Shown here: positions 40,601 through 52,457 of the stretch, in pieces
Layout: every line of letters starts with the position of its first letter
Numbering within the stretch: the first letter of the stretch is position 1
From: Antedon mediterranea
Lineage: Eukaryota; Animalia; Echinodermata
Direction of reading: 5' to 3'
Assembly: GCF_964355755.1 (NCBI RefSeq)
Contig: NC_092677.1
Location: 5,664,101-5,728,100, forward strand
Length of the DNA stretch: 64,000 bases
Translations under genes and position numbers: made by a program
The notes under the pieces: model-generated
What the model was told of the DNA's origin: nothing
Seen by the model: only the letters and a program-made list of their open reading frames with translations
Database searches by the model: none

Positions 40601-40996
40601 ATCACCACTTCAGCATCACCTTCCTTGGCCGTCTGGTCAGATGTTGTCACCGACTGAGGAATTGCTTCTGAAAAAAAAAAGCATAAAAAAAACCACCAAA
40701 TCATGAGTTAATTTAAACATAACACGAGTATGATCTGTAAATGATATTACCTACTTTTACAATCTGCTAATTTCCAAAGTACAGTTATATACAAAAATCA
40801 AATAATATTGTCCATAATGAAATGTTGTTGATACTGTATTTAGACCACATCCAACTTTATACATTATCCATACACTTTGTCCTTTTTAACATTATGACAT
40901 ATTAAAAAGATAAGACATCAAAACAGTTACATGAAAATAGCTTTTACCTTGAATAATACTCAGCAATATCACAAGGAAACATACAGCTTTTAAAGC
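15790..40996 (-). CDS. Gene A: Ig-superfamily TM receptor with ITIM/ITSM tail, post-TM Ig domains and C-terminal sialidase-like domain (~1470 aa; ATG exon not located)
   Basis: AG/GT exons with compatible phases, total 4404 nt: 40948-40996, 40341-40667, 39136-39441, 38478-38705, 36102-36173, 35268-35528, 34961-34994, 34324-34486, 33745-33799, 33172-33197, 32542-32641, 31573-31601, 31213-31333, 30708-30751, 30428-30545, 28852-28870, 25747-25766, 25291-25422, 24713-25027, 23789-24142, 21223-21546, 20554-20880, 19619-19664, 19016-19162, 18421-18608, 17348-17422, 16599-16702, 16375-16491, 15790-16092. The micro-exons are the least certain part. Confidence 0.75.
20554..25422 (-). CDS. Gene A post-TM Ig exons (one half domain plus four full domains)
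   Basis: F-strand motifs DSGKYNC, DAGKYQC, DEGNYIC, DAGDFLC and DAGQYIC. All are phase-1 exons. Confidence 0.9.
27198..28512 (-). mobile_element. Helitron copy, 3'-truncated
   Basis: Reverse complement of 47703-49013, including the internal duplication. Confidence 0.8.
30428..32641 (-). CDS. Gene A ITIM/ITSM exons
   Basis: IIYENV and VTYAEV (32542-32641); LQYADL and TPYMEV (31213-31333); IKYVDL and TPYFEF (30428-30545). Confidence 0.85.
32665..32920 (-). mobile_element. Probable SINE just upstream of the first ITIM exon
   Basis: GC-richer block with an L2-type tail gcgctttataagtccaggatattatta on minus. Confidence 0.45.
36102..36173 (-). CDS. Gene A transmembrane exon
   Basis: GAGSFILLIVVVVVGLFLWLLLIV, conserved in the paralog at 58849-58920. 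Confidence 0.88.
38478..40996 (-). CDS. Gene A ectodomain: signal peptide, V-set, I-set and short C2-like Ig exons
   Basis: ALKAVCFLVILLSIIQ; ITCDY..IEW..FQCEI; FTCS..ITWYKDG..DGGIFTC; ATCTA..ITCYAEN. Phase-1 exons with N-glycan sequons. Confidence 0.9.
39923..40095. repeat. Long near-perfect palindrome in a gene A intron
   Basis: tggtacaaataatggcac..ggtgaatgatgaaaggttatatcaac, a short loop, then its reverse complement. Confidence 0.85.
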
Positions 40997-41454
40997 CTAA
41001 AAATTAGAAAAAGGCTGAATATCAATTAGTGTGTATGCTCACTTTACATGTCGTAATAATGTCTAACTAAACATTTTATTGAATTGAAATTGAACTACGA
41101 CAATGTCAAGTTTGAGGTTTGCGATGGCTTGAGATTATGAATGTCTAAATGTTCATTTGATAAACAAATTAATTTTGAAGTTTTCAAGTCATTTAAAAAA
41201 AAAGGCAATATTGGTTAAAAGCGTGAGATTTTAGGTGCATGGTGCGCGACCTTGAGGTTGGGTAAAACGCATGAGCGCGAGACTGGAAATGTATGGACAT
41301 TATTACATTAGACGTACTGTACAGTACAATAGATATGTATTGAACTGGAGATGAAATGTATACATACTGTTGCTTTTATATACCGTACAGTAGTAGTGCT
41401 CTGTCTGGTGTTGCCAAAATGATGTAGCGCGGAAAACTGAACAATACATTAGGC

Positions 41455-42430
41455 AGCTGTTACCCTTTTAATTTTAGGAAATTTAGGAACTTAGGAATCT
41501 GTCCTTGGTCTGTTACTGTTCTTGATATACATAAATGATTTACGTCGTGTTAGTGATACTCTACATGTTGTTTCATTTGTTGATGATACTCACTATTTTT
41601 TTTAAATAATAATATTATTAATTTGTATAATAACTTTAATAGCAAATTAACAAAGATTTGTGCTTTTGATAAATACTACTAAAACCATTAAAAAAAAATG
41701 TAATACACACCGTAAAAATCTAAATTTAAGCTAAAAAATCTAATGGCAAAGAAATCTTAATGGCAATATCATCGAACAGCCATCAAAAGTATATTTGCAA
41801 TAAAATATCCAAATATATTGAGATTTTAACAAACTGAAGCAGCCAACTTTACCACTAATATCATAAAAATTCTTAAGTTAAAGAAACGAGTTGTAAGAAT
41901 TATTTCATTATCTCATTTTATTGCTCATGAGTCATAGTGAACCTATTTTAAGAAGTTGAACATTCTAAATATTTATGATCTACAACATATAAGTTTTATC
42001 TATTATTTATATATACATGTAAATAATGTATTGCCCAATCTCTTTCTTAAACATGTCTTGTAAACATAACGTATGTAACATTTATCATCTTAGAAATACC
42101 AACAGATTGGAAGTACCATTTACGAGGCTAAACAAGACTAAATTTTTGTTACAGATGGTCCTAAGTTATGGAATGAACTGTCTATGGAAACGACTTGCTG
42201 TATAGAAACCTTAAAATATTTTTATAATCTGTTAAAAACATATATTTCCAAATACAAATAATGTGCCATAATTGATTGTTTGTTTAGGGGTTGGTGTTTG
42301 ACAAGTTCTTTTACTTCTTTTTCCGATCCCAGATACAGTTTTTATTTAATGTTACCATTTAAGTTATTGTAAAACTAAATGTATGCTTTTTTTATTTCTT
42401 GAACTGTTTCTAAATAAATTTTGAATGAGT
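41455..42430 (+). mobile_element. Decayed L2/CR1-like LINE 3' end
   Basis: Frameshifted RT motifs FLIYINDL...FVDDT and KKRVVRII, then an AATAAA tail. Confidence 0.7.
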
Positions 42431-42695
42431 GAACAAGTTATGAATTTTTAAGTCTCTGATATGTGATAACAAGTATGACCGTTGAGTTATGTTTTTGGTT
42501 ATGCCTAAGGCTACTACTAAAAAATCCTAGCTAGTACCTACTGTACTACTACTAGGAAGGCTGGGAGGGCCTATCTAGCTAAGCTATGCCTATAGTAGGG
42601 ACCTATAATGCCTGCTTAAGTGCTATACTATAGGCATAGACTAGTAAGTACTAGGCCTAGGCCTACTACTACCTAGTCCGAATTACGATCATCAC

Positions 42696-44635
42696 GGTCG
42701 CGTTTCATTTCGGTCGCGTGTCAATTAAGGTCAAGGTTCAACAATATCGTTTGTGGTGTATAGCGCGTCAATTATGCAAGCATACGAAAATGGATGCTAT
42801 TATAGAATTGAATAGACTTAAATGTCAGATTTAACTCTCTTTCAGCAGTCGGTACGTATAGTAATTCGAATTTATAAACCTGTTTGCATTTTTAACGATT
42901 TTGATCTATATTTTAAGGATACAACAAGTAGCTTACGAAGAAGACTCCAATATGTTATAATTATGAATGAGTAAATTGGGAATATTTGTTTGGTAGCAGT
43001 TAAAATCAGTGAGAGAGAGACTTAACTATATGAGCTTTTTTATACACTGAAAGACATTATTACGATTATGTAATACATTTTTTAAAAGCATAATGCATTG
43101 ACATGTCGCATTATGTCTCGTGCTATTGAATTAGAATGAAACCATATTGTCTGTTGACTTTGTATGCTTATTGTTAACATATGAAATACAATAAAAACAG
43201 AAATAAAGAAATAAGCTGAATTGTCTATTTTACCTTTTTGTGTCTATTATTACCACAATACAAATGGAATGGGTGTAGCTTTTTTAGATGAATTATTATC
43301 AAAAAAATATTCGTAAAACGAAAAAAAAAATGTCTACCATGTCCCTCCATCCAGTGTATAATTATTAGCTGTCAAGAAGAACTACACCGCTAACATAACA
43401 ATCGTTAAATACTACTTTTCCAGTCATTTTTTTCTTTAAAAAATAATTTTTTAAAAAACATGATGAAACGCTGATTGTCCACAGACAACGTAAAGCTGGC
43501 GGCAAAAATGTCTTACATTTTACAAAGTCCTACATTTGTAGTTGCAATTTACTAAATCTACAGCATTAATTTTCCAAAGAAGCCCCTCTGTTAATTTAAA
43601 AAGTAGTCTTAAAAAGAAGCCCATCTTGAAATGTTCTTAAAAGAAGAAACCACCACTGAGCCCTTTTTTCAAAGTTTTACTGTATTGTGATGTATAAATT
43701 TAATTAGTGGCAATAAAAAAATATATCAGCATAAGCACGCAAAAAGAGAGCGCGTGTGCAGCGGGGAAACAATGCACGCATCCCAACAAAAGGGCACAAA
43801 GCTCATTGTATTTGTCGGAAAAAGTAACGCACGTAAAAGGAAGTAGCGAACAAATGAAATTGGGCGAGCGGCTACGCTTTGGTTGATCAGCGAGATCGCT
43901 CCTTAACGCTGGATCGCACGTTATATCAAATGATGTTCGCAATATGTAATTAGATGAGATAGATGTAAATATTGCTAATAAATAGAAGATTAAATAAATA
44001 GATAAAATAACGTCTGTAGATGTAAATAGAGATTAACATTGGTAGGCCTAATAAATAAAAGATTAAATACATAGATAAATTAAATAACGTTTGTAGGTGT
44101 AAATAAAAAGGTTTCAATTTGAATGATGAATGTAAATAATTGTATATGCGTTTTTGATTAAAAAATAAAAAGGTGGAATGATCATTGACAACAGTTGGTT
44201 AAAGAACTGATAAATGTAAATGTATGTAAATATTTGTGATGTTTTTGTTTTTAAAATAAAAAGATGATCATTAAAATTAAAAAAAGTGTAAAGTGAGTTT
44301 GTTTGCTATTTGCTATTACGTCAGAAACAAATAGAATATTACAAAATATATTAAAATATAATGCTTAAGTTATAAAAACATTTTTAAAAACGTTAAACTA
44401 ATAAAATACTATATTTACAATATTTATTTAAATATAAAGATTTATTATATAAAAACATTTTTAAATAAACACATAAAAACCTTAATAGAGCCTATCACTT
44501 CGATCTTTAATTAGCGCTTACATTGTACACTACTGCAATTGTCAATGCAGTAGTGTACAATGCCATTGAGCGGCGTTTCATAGAAATCGCCGGAAGTTCG
44601 ATTTACCGGAAGCGCGACCGAAATGAAACGCGACC
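42696..44635. mobile_element. Non-autonomous DNA transposon (23-bp TIR, 3-bp TSD)
   Basis: Perfect TIR ggtcgcgtttcatttcggtcgcg, flanked by CAC on both sides. Confidence 0.8.
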
Positions 44636-45414
44636 CACCCCTAGTCCTAGACCACTACGGCGCTAGGGCCTAATATAGACTAGGCCTAGTTAGTGTGGAA
44701 TTCGTTAGTGTTAGGTAGGGGCCCAGCTAGACTACTGTAGGCTAGCCTAGGCCTGCTGGGCTGGCCCTACTAGATAAACCCTCTAGCCTAGCTAGGCCTA
44801 GCCTAGCCCAGCTAGGCCCAGAAAAAGAAAGCGGAGAATCTTAAACCAAACTAAAAACTGCTTACTAACTTTATGTCTAGGTCCAGGCCTACTACTATTA
44901 GGAATAGGCCTAAAAGTAGGCCTAATAGTGGGTCTAATGTTTAATGCCATCACTCTTCTAGTTCTACATCCTTCTTTTACAATTAACAACGTAGCGTATT
45001 TTATGTGGGGTGGGGAATTCCCATTTCTTTCTTTCTTTTTCTACGTAGCGCCACCAGCGGACGTTTCGAAGTTTTTGTATCGATCAATCAATATTGGAAC
45101 TAGAAAGATGAGGGAACTCGGACAGTGCAGCATATGATTATTATAAGTATAATTCCTCTACATATGATTTCCCCCGAATTATTTTGTCTTAGTGCTGAGT
45201 GTGATTAGGCTATTTGCAATAAGAACTTTTTTTTTTACTTTCTTATATTTTATTATTTTCGACTCTTTAATAATTATTTTATATTGTAATTTCTTTTTGA
45301 CTATGAAACTAACGTTACCTTCTCAGTATCAGATCGTTAGCTTTTGAAAATTGTCTCTTATCTTTTAACACTGGCATGAGTGAAAATAATAATAAAAAGT
45401 GGTGCAGGATTGTG

Positions 45415-46430
45415 ATCAATCAATCAATCAATCAAAGTAACATTTATTTCTCTTGTCTTTCATAGAAAATAAAAATTAACAGTAAAAATTATTAAAATAA
45501 GAGGGGCAACATTCCTAAAAAGCAAAGCTTGTATAAGGCAGCCCATAGAAAATGAAAAAAAAAAAAAACAGGACAACACGGGAACCGGAAACAGGACAAA
45601 AACAGTAATGAAGACTTTTAGATTCAGGGTACCGAAAAGACTAAATATCAAAACTACAATGAGTGAAAGGATAATTAAACATAACTAGATAAGAGGTGCC
45701 GTTTCAATTTAAAAGAAAAACTCTTCTTAGACAAAGCACTTTTTATATTAACTGGTACGTTATCCCAAAGTTTAGGACCAGTGAACTTAATGCTATGTTT
45801 AAAAGAAGTAGTTTTAAAAAAAGGAATACGTATTTGATTTGCGCTCCAAGTACTGTGGTTATGAAAATTAAGATTGAAACTAAATAAATCATTAAAGTGT
45901 GATGGCAGGATCGAGTTTAGCCATTAATTTAGAGGAAAACACTTTGTTGAAGATGGTTAATATCCTGAATTTTAAGAAGACCAAATGAAGAAAATAAAGG
46001 ATTGAAATGGGATAAAGGAGGAGCATTTGCTATGTATCTTACGGTTTTCTTTTGGATCAATAACAGTTTGTTTAAGTAGGACGGGTATGTATTACCCCAA
46101 ATAATATTACAGTAAGTGAGGTAAGGGAGGATTAGTAAACAGTAAAGATCCGGAGTATGTTTTGAGGGATGAAAGATGATAATCTATATATGATACCAGA
46201 ACTTTTGGATATTTTGTTTTCGACTTGAGTAATCTGATGTTTCCAATTTAGCTTACAGTCCAGATAAACACCAAGAAATTTAGTTTTCTCAACAATAGGT
46301 ATTAATTGATCTTTAATTTTTAGTTTAAAAGTACTAGTATTTAGTGGTATTTGTGAATTTTTGAACACCATACAACAGCACTTTTTTAGATTAACAGAAA
46401 GTTTGTTTGCAGAAAAGTATGTTTTGATTG
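45415..46430 (-). mobile_element. L2/CR1-like LINE 3' fragment
   Basis: KFLGVYLDCKLNWKHQI...KISK RT C-terminal motif and (TTGA)n tail. Confidence 0.8.
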
Positions 46431-46589
46431 AGATTGACTACATATCTATATGTGGTTCAATTTGGTAACTGAAAAAACGTGTTGAGTAATCCAGGAAAGA
46501 CACAGGAAAGACACACGCGATCGACTACGCGGAGGTACTTATCCATACTTTACAATCATGGTACACACAAAAAAGGTGCAGCCATACTG

Positions 46590-47432
46590 TACATAACAAG
46601 GCCAACAGCCATTAAGTCGCGTGCTACAATGCATAGTGATACCAGACCGACAGACAGACCGACAGACCGACAGACAGACCGACAGACAGACAGACAGAGA
46701 GACCGACCGACCGACATAGTGAACTATACTGACCGAAATTACTGAACATGTTTAAAAATGTTGAAATGTTTAAAAACATTTATTTTTTTAAATTTACACG
46801 TGCGTAGCCTGTCACTTTCGACGTGCTCGTATAACGTAATTTCGAGTTGAAAAGTAAGTCAAGAAAACAGAAATCGGGCAAAAAGAGTGCGCAATAACAT
46901 TTAACGCGCAGTGCGCGCGCAAAAATATGCGCACTCATGGCAATTTTGTAAACGCTTAAAATTGCCTGAAATGTACTCTTATTTCATCGAAAATAAATTT
47001 TGAAAATGTTAAGCGCGCGTACGCATGCGTTACATGCGCTACGCACGTAATTGTATTGCCATTATGATGATTTATGCCCTGAAATTTATGAGTACCAAAT
47101 TTTATTTAATTGTGATTCATGGTTGTGAAGATATGATTACAAACGTGATTTCGTTAAATCGTGCGTAGACCGCGTAATTTTTTATTGCGCACCGTGAAAA
47201 CATAACCACATTGATTCCTGGCCATAAGGAATATACTGTGAAAAATTGACCTAGCTAGATTAAACTGATATCAAGATAAGGTCAGAAAGCGATAAAACGC
47301 ATAGTGATACCGGACCGACAGACAGACAGACAGACCGACAGACAGACCGACAGAAAGACCGACAGACAGACAGACAGACAGACCGACCGACCGACATAGT
47401 GAACTATAGAGTCGCTTCCACGCGACTAAAAA
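46590..47432 (+). mobile_element. Helentron/DINE-like non-autonomous element with (GACA/GACC)n microsatellites
   Basis: Two copies of gcatagtgatacc-(cagac)n-ccgacatagtgaactata, and a 3' stem-loop agtcgc...gcgact followed by an A-run. Confidence 0.55.
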
Positions 47433-47702
47433 CAGTATGTCCAATGGAAAGACAAGAACAGGCTGCTGCAATCATTACCTTTCACATAATAATAAACAAC
47501 AAATTTGTAATACCGTATTTATTCGAATAAACGCCCCCTTTGTATATACGCCTCCCTCGAATAAACGCAATATTGTATTAAAACACAATAATATTTGTTG
47601 ACACAAATTGTATTTTGATACAATTTGTACTGTATTTTTTTACTCCCCAAATAAACGCCCCCCTAAAAACCCTCCTGAACAATACACGCCGTGGGGCGTT
47701 TA

Positions 47703-49255
47703 TCTATATATAAATTTACGTAAGGGCAAAATTCGGTAAATCGCGCCTTACTTCTAGAATTTTTACTCGATGGTATATAAAGTTGGTTCGTACTTTCGGT
47801 ACTGATTTTAACCACCTGATGTAACCCTGTTTACTAATTAAATTAAGTTAGATAATTAGTTATTGACGATTAAAACGAATTTAGGTTCAACGATTTGCCC
47901 CAAATAGGGGTGTTTTCCGATCGTGGTATACACTGTCTAATGGATGTCCATCTTGAAAAATACCCGCCACAAAAATGCGAGGAGGCTTCGCATTTTCCTA
48001 TCTCCTCCTACGATAATTGTTTTTAAAAGCTGAAAACCGGTTGAACAGTTCGAGTACAGCATCATAATGTTGAAGACAGGCCGATTTTCTTTAAAAAATA
48101 CTATTTTGATACATTTAATATACGTTTTTACAAATGTATTGATTTGTGATGAATGGAACATTCCAAATTATTTGGTTTAACCATGGAGGTATAGATTTAG
48201 ATTTATGGGCCCCCTTGGAGAATAAACATAAATAGTATTGCAATGCTGTACAATACTGTTAAGGTATTAACCACTTTTGATCGCAATTTGAATCGCAAAT
48301 TTCTTACTGTGAGTGTTGGTACTGTTAGATGTAATATAAAAATATATACAAATAAACTTTATTACTGTGAGTGTGGGTAGGCCCTACTGTTAGATTATAA
48401 ACATATAATATACAAATAAACATTCCAAATTATTTGGTTTAACCATAGAGGTATAGATTTAGATTTATGGGCCCCCCTGGATAATAAACATAAATAGTAT
48501 TGCAATGCTGTACAATACTGTTAAGGTATTAACCACTTTTGATCCCAATTTGAATCGCAAATTTCTTACTGTGAGTGTTGGTACTGTTAGATGTAATATA
48601 AAAATATATACAAATAAACTTTAATACTGTGAGTGTGGGTAGGCCCTACTGTTAGATTATAAACATATAATATACAAATAAATAAACGTTATTACTGACA
48701 GTTGCTTCTCAACGTTTGTATTAATTAATAATTTAAAAATATATAAACGTCGTAGTGGTGTATCGTTACATGTACTTTACTATTTCAATCGACTATGACA
48801 GTGAGAGTTTTAACAAAGTATTAAATCGTAAATGTTTTACTGTATTTAGTGGTATATTATTTATAGGCCTATAAAACATTAAAAACAATATTTCGTTACT
48901 GAGTGGATAAGAATATATTTTAAAATGTTTCCTCTTTGTACCTATCTTCTTCCCCCATCCCTCAACCCTTAATGTTACATACAAAACACAAATTGGGTTT
49001 GTTTAAATGAGTCCAAATAAAAAAATTTGACTCATTTTGTTTCTCTCTCGGAAGTAATTCCCAGGGTGCTAATTTTGGTTGACTACATAAATCATTGTAT
49101 ATATTTCTTCGTTTCTGTAAACGACAATGTATTATAGTCCTGCGGTACGTACATTTGAAATCTCCATTTTTTTCTCGCTGGAAATACTGTGTATTCGAGA
49201 ACCACCTGTGGGCACGACCTAGATGGTACGCGAGCGAAGCGAGCGTGCCATCTAG
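47703..49255 (+). mobile_element. Non-autonomous Helitron, complete copy
   Basis: 5' TC, 3' hairpin ctagatggtacgcgagcgaagcgagcgtgccatCTAG, inserted between A and T with no TSD. Internal ~250-bp tandem duplication. Confidence 0.85.
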
Positions 49256-49294
49256 TTTGAATAAATACGTTAACAGATTGTGAAATAAATTCTA

Positions 49295-52200
49295 TACTCT
49301 AGTAGCTAGATCAACTTTCGTATGCACTTTGAGGTCCAGAGAATTTGACTTCAGAAATTGGTTTAGGGTGGTCAAACAATCATTTTTGGCTTGGTTACAC
49401 ATTTTGAAAATGTGGCGAAAGGTCAAAAGGTCAGGGTCAAACGTTATAAGATCAAACACCATTATGTCCTTAAATCTCGACAACCACTGGTCACAGCGAG
49501 GTAATTTTGGTCTCAAATTGATCAGAAGGTATACATTCATATTCAGTCTAATGAAACATTTTAGTCGAAAATGACCGGAAATGCCATTTCTGACCTTTGA
49601 CCCATAAACCAGGGCATGTCTGTATCTCTGTAACTATTGGCCGTAAAGACTTGAATTTGGGCTCAAATTGTTCGAAATATACATTTAGTTATTTGTTACA
49701 CATTTTGAACAATGTTACAAAAGGTCAAAAGGTCAAGGCCAGGGGTTATATGAATAAACACAAATAGGTATTTTTATCTCGGCAACCACTGGTCACAGCG
49801 AGTAAATTTTGGTCTCAAAATGTTCAGAAGGTATACATTCATATTCAGTCTAATGAAACATTTTGTAAAAAATGACCGGAAATGACATTTCTGACCTTTG
49901 ACATACATACCAGGGCATCTTCTTATCTCTGTAAGTACAGGTCGTAGAAACTTAAATTTAGTATCAAATTGTTAGAAATACACATATTTACATTCATTCT
50001 AACAGAAAATTTGGATAAAAGATGATCATAAATACTATTAATTACTAATCTTTTAAATGAAAAACATATCTACCCAACTTATCATTAGACAGTAATGTTA
50101 TGCAATAATTGATGCTTAATGATTTCATTATACTGTAGGAATTAAAACAAATCCTTTACTGTTTGTAATAATTGTACTTTTGCTTATAATAATGCTAGAA
50201 ATTATTGTTGACCCCCGAACGTTCAAACATTTTGAGAATGCTACTGAAGTAATTTACTGTAGTTACCCGAATAAAAGCCTCGGGCATTTATTTATTCAGG
50301 GAAGGCGTTTATTTTGTTGGGTGTAATAATGGTAACATGTATAATCAACTAAATACACCCCAGATATATATATATAAAACATATGTATATATAATAACGG
50401 GATTAAACCTCATTCTATCCTGGAGGAAGTACAATCATGTAATAAAAGGTATCGGAGACCACAATAATATATTATTACGTAACACTGTTGCATAATAGTT
50501 TTGAATGTCAACGACAAAACTTATACATATACACGTCTGTTCCCAGTGTAGATAATAAAACAATATATATTTCTGGAGATTTATTATCAATACCACTAGA
50601 AACTTTGACATGTTTTAGGTACTGAAAGCATTGACAATAAAACCATCAGAAGTTTATCATGATAAAATCATACTACAACACTGTACTACAGTACACAAGG
50701 GTGTTTTCAGGAAAGCTGGAAATATTGTACAATAGTAATGAAACTATGTATTGGCATTTAAAACTATGCAAAAGATTGTTGTCAAATTGTAGTTACAAAC
50801 AAATAGATGATAGAATGAAGATCCATTATGAGTGCAATCGTGTCAGGATAATGATGTGTCATTGTTTTATATCATTATACTGGCACATGGAGGTGAAGAT
50901 CCATTTAATGGAATCTATCACTTTTATTTTAAAAGACAGAAACATTTCGTTAAAAAGCATAAAGAGGAAAACGAATCATGTAAATACCTTTTATCAGTTG
51001 AGAAACGAAATACAATTATTAAAATTAGAGTATTCCTTCAAATAAACGCCACCATTCTCTCAAATAGAACACCATGTGGAATAAACGCCCCGCCACATGC
51101 ATTTACACAATAATTGTATCACGTCAACACATTTCATTAACTACCATAATCTACAATTTACCAAGCATTTTGACATAATTTTATCACTTTTTGATATTAA
51201 TTGTGCAGTATTTGTTTACATCTAGGTGGTATTTATTTGATTATACATGTTACCATTATACCCCAAATAAAGATGTCTCCTTTACCCCTAAAAACCATTT
51301 TGAACAATAAATTCCTGGGGCGTTTAATCGGATACATATGACAAGTTACTTCTAGCATTCTGAAAAGAACTGTTGAGCTTAACGTTTCTATCTATTTTCT
51401 ATTGTACAGCGCTTTGGTCACTTGGAAAAGCGCTATATAAATCCAAAATTAAATTAAAATTAAAATTATCAAAATGTCCTCGGGGACAGCAATAACTAGT
51501 ACTTGAAATTAAAACAATTTAAGTATCAGTTATTGCATAACATTACTGTCTAAGGATAAGTTGTGTAGATAAGTTTTTTGTTTGAAACATTATTAAGAGT
51601 ATTTCTGTTCATCTTTTAACCACATTTTCTATTACAATGAATGTAAATATGTATATTTCGAACAATTTGATACCAAATTTAAGTTTCTACGACCTGTACT
51701 TACAGAGATATGAAGATGCTCTGGTATGTGGGTCAAAGGTCAGAAATAGCATTTCTTATCATTTTTTACTAAAATGCCCCATTAGATGGAATATAAATGC
51801 ATGCCTTCTGAACATTTTGAGACTTGCTGCGACCAGTGGTTGTCGAGAAAAAAGTACCTTTTTTTATTTGTTCAAATAACCCTTGACCTTGATCCTTTGA
51901 CCTTTTGTAACATTTTTAAAAATGTGTAACAAATAACAAAACATATATTTCGAACAATTTAAAACCAAATTCAAGTGTCTACGACCAGTAGTTACGGAGA
52001 TACATACATGCCCTGGGTTGTGGGTCAAAGGTCATAAATGACATTTCCGGTCATTTTTTACTAAAATGTCCCATTAGACTGAATATAAATGTATACCTTC
52101 TGATTAATTTAAGACCAAAATTACCTCGTTGTGACCAGTGGTTGTTGACATTTAAGGACATATTTATGTTTGGTCTTATGACCTTTCACCTTGACCTTTC

Positions 52201-52330
52201 GACCTTTCGCCACATTTTCAAAATGTGTAACCAAGCCAAATATGATTGTTTGACCACCCTAAACCAATTTCTGAAGTCAAATTCTCTGGACCTCAAAGTG
52301 CATACGAAAGTTGATCTAGCTACTAGAGTA
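49295..52330. mobile_element. Large foldback element with ~1-kb inverted arms
   Basis: tactctagtagctagatcaactttcg... is mirrored at 52330. Arms contain ~300-bp tandem subunits. Inner ends lie at ~50365 and ~51220. Confidence 0.8.
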
Positions 52331-52457
52331 CTAAAAGCTTCACGTCTGACAGATTCAAAATTCATAATATTCCATTTCGATGTTTCATACACTTTACTTA
52401 CTATGTTGCGCTGCTTTATCCAGTTTTTCTAATGAAACCAACAGTTTGTTTAATAAA

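Noticed and set aside
40341-40667. Gene A as a true Siglec
   Set aside because: The V domain keeps the canonical B-F Cys pair (FQCEIR) and lacks the Siglec F-strand YxFR signature. The similarity is limited to the tail motifs.
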